DNA of 38,971 bases, taken from positions 620,001-658,971 of the forward strand of contig CT868030.1 of NCBI GenBank assembly GCA_000165425.1, written 5' to 3'. The notes under the pieces were generated by a model. It made no database searches. It was not told where the DNA came from and saw nothing but the letters and a program-made list of their open reading frames with translations. This DNA comes from Paramecium tetraurelia (lineage: Eukaryota). The translations under genes and the position numbers were made by a program. Shown here one piece after another: positions 26,280 to 37,699 of this stretch (position 1 is its first letter; the number at the start of each line of letters is the position of its first letter).

Positions 26280-27892
26280 CATTTTACTTAAAAAACAGGA
26301 CTGATGATTAAAAATGTTAATTTTATTATCATATAAATTACAGCAACACACAAGGGTTTGGAATAATCACCTGTTTAACAATAATAAATATATTAATTAG
26401 TAAAAAAACAATTTTTGCCTTTTGAATAAAAAATAGGATAGAATTATATGTAGTTGTAAGAAATGAGTCCAGAATAAGAAAAATTATGTAATTGAAGAAT
26501 AAATGTTTTCTTCAGGAGAATTTCAAATTCTTAACAATCAAAGCTTAACTAAATAATGCATTTTGGAAGTGTATTAACAGTTTAATGAGTCGCTATATTT
26601 AATGACATTTGGTCTTCATAATCCAAAGGAAATTATTTATTTTAATCCTTTCCAGGTTAAATTGAACTGCTAAGTTGAGTTAACAAATAAATGAGCCTTG
26701 AAAATGTAGTTATTGGTTTGAAGATAAATGAGCGAGATGTGTGGATAAGATTAATTATAATATTGTATTTCAATCAATTTTCAACTGCCATATTTAATAA
26801 TTTTTCTAAAACAGCAAAATCTTCCCTCAATTTGGAATTTAATTTCACTATTTATTATAGTTCATCATATTCTTTAAATATTAGTTGCAAACTTTCCCTT
26901 TGTGGTTGCCTAGACATTATTTGCTTAAATAATTCATGCTTTTTCAACAAAATCTAAATCAAACACTAAGAAACTAGATAATTTGTTTCTTTTTATATAT
27001 TTGTTTGCATTAAGTGAATATTTAATTTAATTAATGTTTCTTCATAATCAATTCAAAAATATATATAATATCAATTGAGACGCAAAAGTTCTTCGAAATT
27101 ACATCTTACTACTTGCTTGATAAGAGATGCTGACTTTAAATTATTAATAATGCTGATTCCTTGAAAATTCTTTAAAATGAATTTATTATCGTTATTATAT
27201 AAGTTCCTTTGATTATTTATAACATTGAATAAAATAAATTCTATATATATACTGGGTCATAGTCAGAATGATAAAGGCTTGTATGGGATTAGTGAAAAAT
27301 AATTTATAAAAGTCCAGCAGTATTAAATTATTAGGACCCAATTATCATAAAACAATTTTTAACTTCCAAAGTAATCTTACCATTTAGAGGATGTTGCAAT
27401 ATAATGTAAATTAAATAATATTCATTTCCAAGTGATTCTTTGCTATTTTGATATTCAAGCTCTTTTTGAAAGAAGGTTTCATTAAATTTATCTACTAATT
27501 TTCCTCATCATAATTAAATAGCAACTTACCTCTTTTTACTATCATAGAAATTAGAAATGAATACTTTTGTTATTTTTTAAATAAAATAATTTTCCATATA
27601 TTTCTAATGTCCTTTTCTTTTGGGCAAGTGTACTTATGCGCTTTCTAAAAATATTATTCTTTTTACTAAATCTAATATGTTTCTTATAAGTTTTTAATAT
27701 TCTCAATAGAGTTGTAAGGAAATTTTTCATTTTGGATGAGAAAATCCTATTAGATATCTTTTTCTCAATAATTTGAGCAAATTTTTTATTCTCATATTTC
27801 TCTCTCAATAGATAATTTTACCCTCCACTATATTTATTGATAAGCACATTTTCATTAGATTCTTCTTAATACTTTTAGAACTACTTCTTCAT
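26280..27892 (-). pseudogene. Probable degraded gene region (coiled-coil-like fragments)
   Basis: ATG 27892 opens a K/E/Q-rich frame and intron-like gtaag...ag segments occur, but I could not build a single TGA-free model. Coding-like fragments interrupted by TGA also occur on the + strand at about 26490-26750. Confidence 0.35.
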
Positions 27893-27937
27893 TTTAGATT
27901 TTATAATTAATAATGTTTTGTGATGATGTGATAATAA

Positions 27938-28150
27938 TCAGATCTCTTTTGGAGGGCCATATCTATCTTTAGATGGCTGATTATTGAAGAATCTTAGAAA
28001 TTCCTACCCAACCACTTTATATGCATTTGCATAGTTTTATTAACATTACTTGAATAAAGCTTCTTGATCGCCATTTGGTTGAACATCTTATACAGCCTTT
28101 ACACATAGTTAGAACCCCTATGTAGCAAACAAATCCTTAAATATATCCAT
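27938..28150 (-). CDS. 70-aa protein, possible divergent small Tim (Tim8/9/10/13)-like chaperone
   Basis: Intronless MDIFKDLFATQGFQLCVKAVQDVQPNGDQEALFKQCQQNYANAYKVVGQEFLRFFNNQPSKDRYGPPKEI*; relatively GC-rich between AT-rich spacers. The family call is inference. Confidence 0.65.
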
Positions 28151-28184
28151 TTATTTTTTTTAATATTAATTATAATTTTTTATC

Positions 28185-29913
28185 TCACATTACTAAAAAT
28201 TCATCAAACTTTGGTGAGCTGACTTTATATGAATTAAGTTTTAAATCCTTTTCATTAATCATAGAAGAAATCTTTTCTTATTCAATTATTGCTTAAGCTG
28301 TAACTCCATAATCGTCAGGCATATTAAAATCAGCACCTATAAATTTTGTTGTTTTATTACCATATTATGTAAATAGATTCAATAGGTTAGGGTTTTTTGA
28401 TACACAGGCTTAATGGGTGGCAGTTTGTCCTTAAGAACACTTTATATTAGGGTTTGCACCATTTTGCAACAGAAATTGGCATAATCCATAGAGATTCTAA
28501 ATCAAACTTGATTTACATGTTTTGCACAATAAAATAGAGGAGTATTTTAAATTTCATCTTTAGCATTGTAATCATCCAAACCAAAATTAAATCCAGAGTT
28601 TTAAATAATTTTGATATCATTTGATTGAATGGCTTACTAAATTTTTTTTTATTTTGCTAGTTAAAGCTTTTCTTGATAACTATGCTTACTAAGAGATTTT
28701 TGCCTTTATAAAAACGAAAGCATGTTTTATTGTGTAATCATAACAAGACCTTACTTCTATCTTTCTGTTCTATGTGAAGTGTGATTGGATTAACTTCCAA
28801 TTCTTTTTAAATTTAACTGTAAATTGTGAATTTTAGTTTATGATGGTTATTTTTTAGATATAATCTTAATGCTTTATTTATTTTGTAGATATTTTCTAAA
28901 ATAATTTTAGATTACTTTTGCTTTTTCTATTCTTTCTTGAGATAATTAATTTGATTTTATTTATTAATCTAGTCTCAAGGATGCTTAGTTTCTCTATTAC
29001 ATAGCACTTATATTAATTTTAAATCGAGTTTAATTTTACTTTGCATTTCTAAAAATTTTTGTTGCTATTAATTATTGTAAATGTTGACGCTACGAATGTT
29101 TTTCGTTAATCTAAACAGGATTTATTGATTTCTTAACTAAAATGTGCTTTTAAGATTGAGTGTTATTTAATTGTCTTAGTTTATAAGATGAATCGATCAA
29201 TTTCGAATGGATTGATTCTAATTTTTATTCAATCGTGCTTTCAATCTATTTATAAAATTCGATAAGTTACTTATCTAATTTTTTCAAGCTTTTAAAACCT
29301 GGCATCTTTGAAGGAAGCTATTTTATTTATTTTATTTAGTATATTTGTTTATACTCTTGAAAATTACTAATAATAAATTGTGGTTGGTTTCACAATCTGC
29401 TCTTTGAAATTCAATTTTCTTTCCAAATTTTAGATATAACTTATGTCTTAAAGAAATGTATTCTCACTCATGTTTATTATTTAATTTGATTTATCCACTT
29501 ATTAAGCTCGAGAGTGCAAAGAAAAAGATGCATTAACGCTTTGGAACTTTCATAAAGGTTTTATTTACTTTTTCATATTCTTTTTTTACAATATCTCTTA
29601 ATTCTTCAATTTTATTAGCAAATTGCTTATCCTCTTTAAAATTAATTTGCAATATTTCTTCTATCTTAATGCATACTTTTTAATATATATCTGTGTCATC
29701 TTCCCAATTAATAATTTTTTTTAGTTGATCAGGAAGTTTATCTAATAAAGTGTTATGCTCCTTGCTTATCTAAATTAATTTAGCAGCTCGAAAAATGTAT
29801 GAGACGAATATCTATATTTATTCGAAGATAATATGCCAGATGTAAAATGAAATTGGATCAGTCTAAATCTTCTATCTGTCTGTCAAACATTTTCTTTCAT
29901 GTATATTAATCAT
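28185..29913 (-). CDS. Protein with C-terminal ankyrin repeats
   Basis: NAKDEIQNTPLFYCAKH; LCQFLLQNGANPNIKCSQGQTATHQAC; YGADFNMPDDYGVT. Introns of 20-25 nt; ATG 29913, stop 28185-28187. Mid-gene intron choices uncertain. Confidence 0.75.
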
Positions 29914-29935
29914 TTTATATTATTATTTATAACTT

Positions 29936-30008
29936 GGGGTAGTAGCTCATTTAGTAGAGCGCGTGATTTGCATTCACGAGGCGCCGAGAGCGAAGCTCGG
30001 CTACTCCA
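29936..30008 (+). tRNA. tRNA-Ala (anticodon TGC)
   Basis: Cloverleaf: acceptor GGGGTAG/CTACTCC with G3:U70 Ala identity pair; D stem GCTC/GAGC; anticodon stem CGTGA/TCACG with TGC at 29969-29971; T stem CCGAG/CTCGG; discriminator A. Confidence 0.95.
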
Positions 30009-30009
30009 C

Positions 30010-30014
30010 TTTTT
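30010..30014 (+). terminator. RNA polymerase III oligo-T terminator
   Basis: TTTTT run starting 2 nt after the tRNA 3' end. Confidence 0.7.
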
Positions 30015-30612
30015 GTAATAAAAATTATAATTGTTTTTAAATAACTCAATATTATATGAAAATAATTTTATTATACCTGAGAAACGTATGCAATAATTTA
30101 TTCAAAGTTTCTCTTTAAAAATAATTTATTTTCTCAATTTTAATATCTATAACTAATTGTTTATCACAATACCCGAAGTATTTATTACATTTCTGTTGCA
30201 AATATTATGATTACGTATCAGTATAATTTTCTTTTAAATTGGTTATAAATTCATTGAAGAAGGTGTTTAACCTTCTTTCAAGTAATTCCTAGAGTTAAAT
30301 CTATTTAGAATAATAAATTAATAATAAAATGCATTTCTTCAGAAAGATTAATTTTTTACTTATTCAGACTAAGCATATTTTAAAATTTAGGCTCAGATTT
30401 TTTTTTATACAACTATATTTGGAATTGTTATTTGAGAGGTTTGAGCTTCTGAACGCGAAACAAAAAAAATGAATATTCTCAAGTAAATTGAGGAGTCCTG
30501 CCATTTCTGCTTTCTTTTTATTAAGCAGGTGGATTTAATGCAAATATTGAATTATTAAAAAATTCATATTTATTTTAATAGAAAAATGTATGTTCAAAAT
30601 AATTATCCATAA

Positions 30613-31222
30613 ATGGAGTAAGAGATCGCCGCATTCATCAACTACCCTACAGAGGCCAATACAGAGAAGATTTATGACTATTTAAATAAGCTATGCGCAA
30701 TCAAATATCAAAGTTAAATAACCTATAGCTCATCTAAATATTGTAAATTATCAGGAGAAGAAATCACTGAAGATCCAATCATAATTGAAGGTCATTGCTT
30801 CTCACTTCATCAAATACATTAATATTATATAAGACATGGAATACTCGATGTTTCAATAGGTGATCTAAAATTTAATTATTCTGATGGAATCACAGAAAAT
30901 TTTGTAACCATTGAATTGACATAGGAGATACTCCAAAAGATATACGGAGCTAATTTGGATTAAATGTTATAAGAGTATGAATTTACTTGATAATAGAGCT
31001 CACCATCATTTTGATAAAAGATTAAAGCAGCCAGTCTTATTTACTTGTGAATAAACAGGAAGATCAGGCGTGATTTCGGAATAAATGATTGTAAATGGGA
31101 AGTAAGTATGTACAGAATGGGCTCATCAGAATAAGGACTAATTAAGTGAAGAATAAAGGATATAATTAGAATCTTCATAGAGAATATAATATAATTTAGG
31201 AAATAGTTAAAATATCCATTGA
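30613..31222 (+). CDS. Hypothetical protein with a degenerate U-box/RING-like segment
   Basis: CKLSGEEITEDPIIIEGHCFSLHQI resembles the U-box pattern CPIS..IM.DPVI...GH.F. One 22-nt intron (gtatgaatttacttgataatag); TGA 31220-31222; alternative in-frame ATG at 30586. Confidence 0.65.
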
Positions 31223-31288
31223 AAATCATTAATATATATAAATATATCTTCAATATTTTTATTTAATGTACACATAATATTTAGATAC

Positions 31289-32388
31289 TCATTATCTACC
31301 TCCTTTAAATCCACCTCTGTTGTTATTCTTTTTGTTAAAGTTCTTTCTATTATTATTATTATTAAAGTTATTATTTTTCTTGAAATTGTTCTAATGGTTT
31401 TAGTTTCCTCCTTTGTTTTGGTGATTATATTGACCTTGTCCTTTCTTATTTTATTAGAAAGGCTTCTAACCTTATTTAAATTATTGGTTTCCTTAATGTT
31501 ATTATTTATTATATTATTGTTTTTAGTTTTAAGGTTTCTGTTGTTATTTCTATTATGGCTTCACTTATTAACCTTAGTTTCCTTTAAGGAATTTTTTATT
31601 TTCTATAAAGTTATACAAAGATTATACATTAAGGTTCATCTTCATCATCTTCATCATCTAAATTTTCTTCGTCATCGTCTTCCTCATCTCCTAAGTCATT
31701 GTCTACCTCCTCATCATCGACATCACTTTGGTCGATAAGTTCTTCATCTTCTCCATCATCATCTTCATCATCATTCCAATCTTCCTCTGCCTTTTTGGGC
31801 TATTGTTATTAAGGTTTCTAAGTAGGAGCTTGAGGCTTAGCCTTTTATTATTATTCTGGTTGTGCTTTTTGTGGTTGTGGTTGTGGCTTTTATTATTATG
31901 TCTAAGGTTTTTATTATTATTAAGTTTATGGCTTTTATTGTTCCTTTGGCTATTATTTGACTTATTCAGCTTATTTAGTGGGTTCAGGCTTTTTAACTTT
32001 TTTTTCCTCAACTTCCTCACTCTCATCATCTTCAAAATCCAAATCCTCGTTCTAAAAAGATTATTTTAATAAATACCAATTCCTCCTCATCTGGTTCTAC
32101 ATAGCCTGAAAGATGAACTGAACCCTTTCCTTTAACTCCAATCTCAACCTATTGATCAACTCTAAAGTAAAGGTCCAAAAAAGCTTATTCCAACTAACTA
32201 TCGAAAAATTACCATACCTTATTTTTTTCAAGGTTAGCAAGTACAAATTCTTTTCCCTTTACTTTAGCGTAGACTTAAACCTTGCTATCACCATCTGCTA
32301 GAACTACATTAGAGACGTGGATCACTGTAGCTTCTTCAGCTGTTAGCTTATATGATTATCCTTGAGTGACTTGAGTTCCCCAAAACAT
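31289..32388 (-). CDS. Nucleoplasmin-like (NPL) domain protein with acidic tracts and a basic N/Q/R-rich tail (putative nucleolar histone chaperone)
   Basis: MFWG start; IHVSNVVL; FVLANLEKNK; LDLYF; GKGSVHLSGY; then D/E tracts, KPQ repeats and terminal RGGFKGGRQ*. Stop 31289-31291. Confidence 0.88.
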
Positions 32389-32422
32389 TTTAAATAATTT
32401 AATTTAAACTTTAGATATTTTA

Positions 32423-34409
32423 ATGGGAAATTGTGTTTAAGAGAGAAAACCTTAACATACTCTTTTTGATGCTCAAGAGTTAAAAAAACTTAATCAAGTA
32501 TTTGATCATTATTGTGATCTTTAAACTGAGTATCATTATAATAATCTTTAGTACTCGCAAAAACAGACACCTATCATAGTAAAGCTTTGAGGAAATCTTT
32601 GTTGAGAATGCTGATCTTGGTAGAAAGTTATTTCGCTTTCTAGAGGTATATGGTTAAAAGGAAAAATATATACACAGAGATGTGTTGTTTTACATTTGTA
32701 ATTATTATTTAATAACGAATAGTGGAGGTTCTACTAAAGGATGCCTCATCTGTGAACGAATTGAAAAACTTAAATAAGGTAGAACTATTCTCACTAATCA
32801 GCTTAAAATCAAGCCAATATATTAAGAATAAAGAAGAATTACATTCTTTTAAAATCACTTATTTAGATGCTATTACAATAATAAATGACATTCTCAAAAT
32901 TAGATTGTAAGGAGATAATTTTTAGAATATTGATGAAAAAGCTAGCAGAGCATTCCTGGATTCAATGTTCAAATCAGAAAATGGAATCATTGATTGGTTT
33001 GAGTTGATAAAGCAACTTAGAATTCGACTTGGTGGATTATCAGGAGCCATCAAATAATATATGAAAACCAAGTTCTTCTTATTAGACTCAGCAATGGTAG
33101 TACCCTAAATGAATACAACATCATATTTGTTAAACGAAGATCTAATATTTTAATTGTAGCTTAGTGCCCATGAGACTAAATTGAAAGGGGCAATCAAATT
33201 GGAACTACTATATTCCAACCTAGTCCATAATGGAGGTTTCAAATAAATGATAAATAATATTATTTAATCTGGATTACCAACACTAATTTTAATCTAGCAT
33301 GAGGAAATTTATGAAGCTCTGCATGACAAAAGCAATATTTAAAAAACTTATACTTTTGGAGCCGTCTCTAATCAAAGATGGTTTGATACTGCATAACCTC
33401 AAGGTGATATTAAAGACTGTATCTTTTCTTTATATCCTTACTTTGTTGTATATCAAGCCAAAAAAGATAGAACTGCCAAAAAGAACTTTTGTTACCTTAA
33501 CACAAAAGATATTTCAAAACCTTAGGGTATTGGTTTTGGATTTGATGATGATAAATTTAGAATTTGGATTGACAAAGATTTGAATAAATCTACCTGTTCA
33601 TCTGAGGATCAAAGTTATGAAAGTGGTGATCTTGTTCATAGACATATAAAAAAATTAAAGGTTTTAATATTAAACAAATTTAGATCTCAGTGATTGAAGT
33701 CTGGGGAATTGTGCCTCCTGCTATTGAAGAGTAATTGGATGATCCAAAAATTGCAAATGCTGAATAAGAGTTTCAGCAATTTGAAATCAATACATACGAG
33801 GAAGCTGAAAATCAACCCTTAGAGTAATAAATTCATAAAATTCTTAGGTCAAAAGCTGATTATTATTGGTCTAACAAATAATAAGAAGTGAAGATGGAAA
33901 CTACAGGAAGCAATAGTTTTTACTGGAATAATGCATAAACTGCTAAACCTACTCTTTAATATCATTCAAGTCTTGCAAAAAGTCAACCAAACATTAACCC
34001 ATACTCAAATTAAAATCTATCGTCAGAAGAGTAAAAAATTGCTGATTAACTTGTTGGAAAAAATATAACTAATAATTATTAGTAATAAGAAGTGGTTACT
34101 CAAACTATTATTACAAGAAGAAGCAATCTATAAAGGCCAGTTTTAGATTTTAAATATTAAAAATTATATGAACCAGAAATGATACCTAAGAAGGAGTTTA
34201 TGGAAACCTAAAGCTAAAAGCAGTATTAATTTGATATTTAATTTAGTGAAATCTTTGGAACTAATATTATTGAATCGTAATATCCTAGATAGACAACAAA
34301 TGAAAAAGTATACTCATCAGCTTCAAGTTTGAATTAGTCAAAAGGAAGAAAAACAGCGGACTAAATTATTTAAGATTATGAATCAAGAAAAAACAATAGA
34401 AATTATTGA
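32423..34409 (+). CDS. TLDc-domain protein (MEAK7/TLDC1-like) with predicted N-terminal myristoylation/palmitoylation
   Basis: MGNC start; LLYSNLVHNGGF; PTLILI; TYTFGAVS; DCIFSLYP; GIGFG...FRIWIDKDL; VIEVWG. TGA 34407-34409. Confidence 0.85.
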
Positions 34410-34849
34410 ATAATATTTGATTCATAATATGAATATCATACACATACTGTATTTTTAACAATTATAGTTGATTTAAATAAACATATATGCTTTGATCTAA
34501 AGGAAATTCCTTTTATGAGCCAATCATTTTTGGATGTATTTATAATAATAAGTTGCTCATTCTAACTTGAATAGTTCATAGTTACAAATTTGTATAAATA
34601 TATGAGTCCTTTTAAAAGTTTAATGTAATTAAAATTTACACCTTTGTGAAAATATTCTTGAATAGCAAAAAAATTTCATTTAACTTCATTAACTTTATTC
34701 TCCTTATTTATAATACTATTTATTTTTATTATAGTACTACCTAAAACAATTAGCTAAACACTTCAAATGTGCGATTTTTCATCAGGTTATCCTGAGATCA
34801 GGCATAAATATGAGGATAATTAAAAATTGATAGGGAATAAATATAATGT

Positions 34850-37145
34850 CTAATTTTATTAGACTTTATTTGATTAAATAGAATTTGTCAAGTTGTGATG
34901 AAATATATTATTGATAAAATTGAAAAAAACCATAAACTAATAGATTATTAATATTTTATTTAATAATTAGCTTTAGTTATCTAGGTAAAAAGCCTAGTTT
35001 ATATCTTACAAATTTAAAGTCTTTGTCAGCAGATTTTTTTTTGAAAATTATATCGAATTTAATAGAAATCAATAGATTCTTCTTTATACTAAATTAACAA
35101 AAATGAATAGTAATGGCAATGTTTATCCTTATACAATTTCAATTCAATAAATGGCTCTGGTCAATTTTTATGAAGATCTGAATTCTAATAATTATGATCT
35201 GCTATCTGCAGTATCTTTAGAAAACATTTTCCAAGTAGGTCAAATATATAAGAAGTGACTAATATTGTAGCTTTTATAGGGTGCTGAATGAAATATTAGC
35301 CAAATCAAACTATCAAGGAATGGAATAAATCAGGTCCACATTGTTTAATGGTTACTCATCAAATTTAAATCATTAGAACTTACCTAAGAATAAATTGTAT
35401 AGAGGGATCAACTTGAAGTCAATTTTTGATAAAATTGAGAATTAACAGAATGCAAGGAAAAAAAGCAAAAGTATATTTTGGAGTTCTTTAACCAGTAATT
35501 CAAATATTTTTGAAATTTCTTCTAGATTAATCAAATCCTCATCCTTACTATTAAATTGAAAAATATCACGAGGAAGTAATTTTATTTCCTTAATTTTAAT
35601 TTCAACTAGAATAAATAGAAATTATATTAACTCACTATATTAGATAAGTTTAGAATAATTTTTTTATGGACTTGGATGTCAATAAAGAAAAATGAATATT
35701 GGGAAAATAGGATTAATGAAGATCTGAAGCCAAAAATGAGAGAAATAGCTAAACAAAAATATTTCCTATATATCAATAAAGTATAAAGGAAGCATAAAAA
35801 TAAATTTAAATATTTATTTTTCAAACTTAGTGACATAGCCTTAAAGGTTTGCGATAATCAGGACTAAAAAAAAAACACCTTAAGGCAAACTTTCCCATAA
35901 AGTCAACTTAATTAGCAGATACACTCTTATACTTAATGCTTGAGCTTCTTTGAGAAGGATTTCAAGAAATATTATGTAAAAATCAAAAATTATATTAGAT
36001 GTGTAATTAATTGGTCATAATGGTTATGTCATATCAGTATGTTTCTCTCCCGACGGTACTAAATTAGCATCTGGTAGTGCAGATAACTATATTTGTCTTT
36101 GGGATGTTTAGACAGGATAATAAAACGCTAAATTTGATGGTCATTGTAATTATGTCCGATAGGTATGCTTTTCTCCTGATGGTTCTACATTAGCATCAGG
36201 AAGCAGAGATAAATCTATCCGTTTATGAAATGTTAAGACAGGACAATAACAAGCTAAATTTGATGGTCATAAGAATTATGTCTTATTTGTATGCTTCTCT
36301 CCTGATGGTTTTGTATTGGCATCTAGCAGCGCAGATGGATCGATACTTTTATGGGATATTCAGACAAAACAATAATGACCAATATTGGAAAATCATCTTT
36401 ATTGTATCTATCAAGTATGCTTTTCTCCTGATGGTTCTACATTAGTATCTTGTAGCTACGATAAGTCTATCTATTTATGGGATGTTAAGAAAAGATAGCT
36501 GTTAAAGAAATTTGATGGTCATAGTAATTAAGTCCGATCAGTATGCTTCTCTCCTGATGGTTTGACCTTAGCATCTGGTAGTAAAGATAATTCTATTCTT
36601 TTATGGAATGTTATAACAGGACAATAACGAGCTAAATTCGATGGTCATAGCGATAATGTCAGATCGGTAAGCTTCTCTCCTGGATGGTTCTACATTGGCA
36701 TCTGGAAGTGAGGATCTCTCTATCTGTCTTTGGGATGCTTCTATAGGATAATTAAAAGCAAAGTTAAATGAGCATAGTAAAATTGTTACTTCAGTATGCT
36801 TCTCACCCTGATGGTAATCTATTGGCATCTGGTAGCGATGATATGTCTATCCGTTTATGGGAGGCTAAATATGGATACACTATTGTTACTACTAACAAAA
36901 ATTATTAGGATAGTCTTGAATAGAAACTTGAAAACAATTCCTTTACCGAAAAATGTAATTAAGTTAACACTAATCTAACTATTCTTCTTATTTCCTAATA
37001 ACCAGTATTCTAAGCTAGATGAATGTTAATACACAAAGGAGAATTTACAGATTATTAAGGCACAGATTTAAGAACACTTTTTAAAAGTAGAAGAAGCCTT
37101 TTTTTAGATTTGAAAGATAATATAATTTAAAAGTGGATTTAATGA
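34850..37145 (+). pseudogene. WD40-repeat pseudogene (high-identity GH...VCFSPDG..LASGS.D.SI.LWDV type); 5' boundary approximate
   Basis: Seven 42-aa repeats; in-frame TGA at 36226-36228 (replaces the WD Trp), 36376-36378 and 37020-37022; +1 frameshifts at about 36682 and 36807; upstream part decayed. Confidence 0.85.
36010..36893 (+). repeat. 126-nt tandem repeat array, 7 units, encoding WD40 blades
   Basis: Recurrent (ga)tggtcat, gtatgcttctctcctgatgg, ttagcatctgg and ttatgggatgtt motifs at 126-nt spacing. Confidence 0.9.
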
Positions 37146-37699
37146 AGAATAATATAATCATAAATATATTAGTTTATCTACAGAACACCAACAATCTATC
37201 TAACAAATTCATAATTAAATAATACTCTTTTTAATGAAACTATTATTTAATAATTGTTATCAAAAATTTCTATTCACTTTTATTATATATTATTTGCTCT
37301 TCTTGTTGTATTTAAACTGGGTTTGGGATCAGTAGAGAGAACTACCTAGTCGTTGAACCGTCCTAGCTCCCTTTCAAGGTAAGGAATAATCACAACCATT
37401 CACATTTACATTTTGGTAATAGCAGACTTATTCTCTTTTTAGATTGGTGGAACCACTTGAGAACTAAAGTTAAATTATTCCTTAACCCTTGAACCCTAAA
37501 TTTGTTTTCGACCTCTATATCAATCAAATAAATTTTTCGTAACTAGAAATTTCAACAAACCTTAGTTGAACAAATACAAAAATTTGCTCAAAAAGTTTAA
37601 AAAGATAAATAATTGTATATTTAAATAATTATCAAGTGAATAAAAAAATTAATCAGTTTATAGAAACTATAACATTTGATCAAATTACCTTCCACTAAA

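Noticed and set aside
30254..30535. Two imperfect hairpins downstream of the tRNA (possible snoRNA)
   Set aside because: Short stems in AT-rich DNA, with no properly placed H/ACA or C/D boxes identified.
31394..32069. Leu-rich 'membrane protein' ORFs on the + strand in the supplied track
   Set aside because: Antisense shadows of the low-complexity K/Q/D/E region of the minus-strand NPL gene.
36010..36893. Regularly spaced repeats resembling a CRISPR array
   Set aside because: The period is 126 nt (42 codons), the whole unit is conserved and encodes WD40 blades; eukaryotic context with no cas genes.
36226..37022. In-frame TGA as Trp/Sec recoding in the WD40 gene
   Set aside because: Accompanied by two frameshifts and TGAs at non-Trp positions, and all other genes use TGA as stop; pseudogenisation is simpler.
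37481..37500. Telomere-like aacccttgaaccctaaa
   Set aside because: Only two imperfect units, and they do not match Paramecium C4A2/C3A3 repeats.
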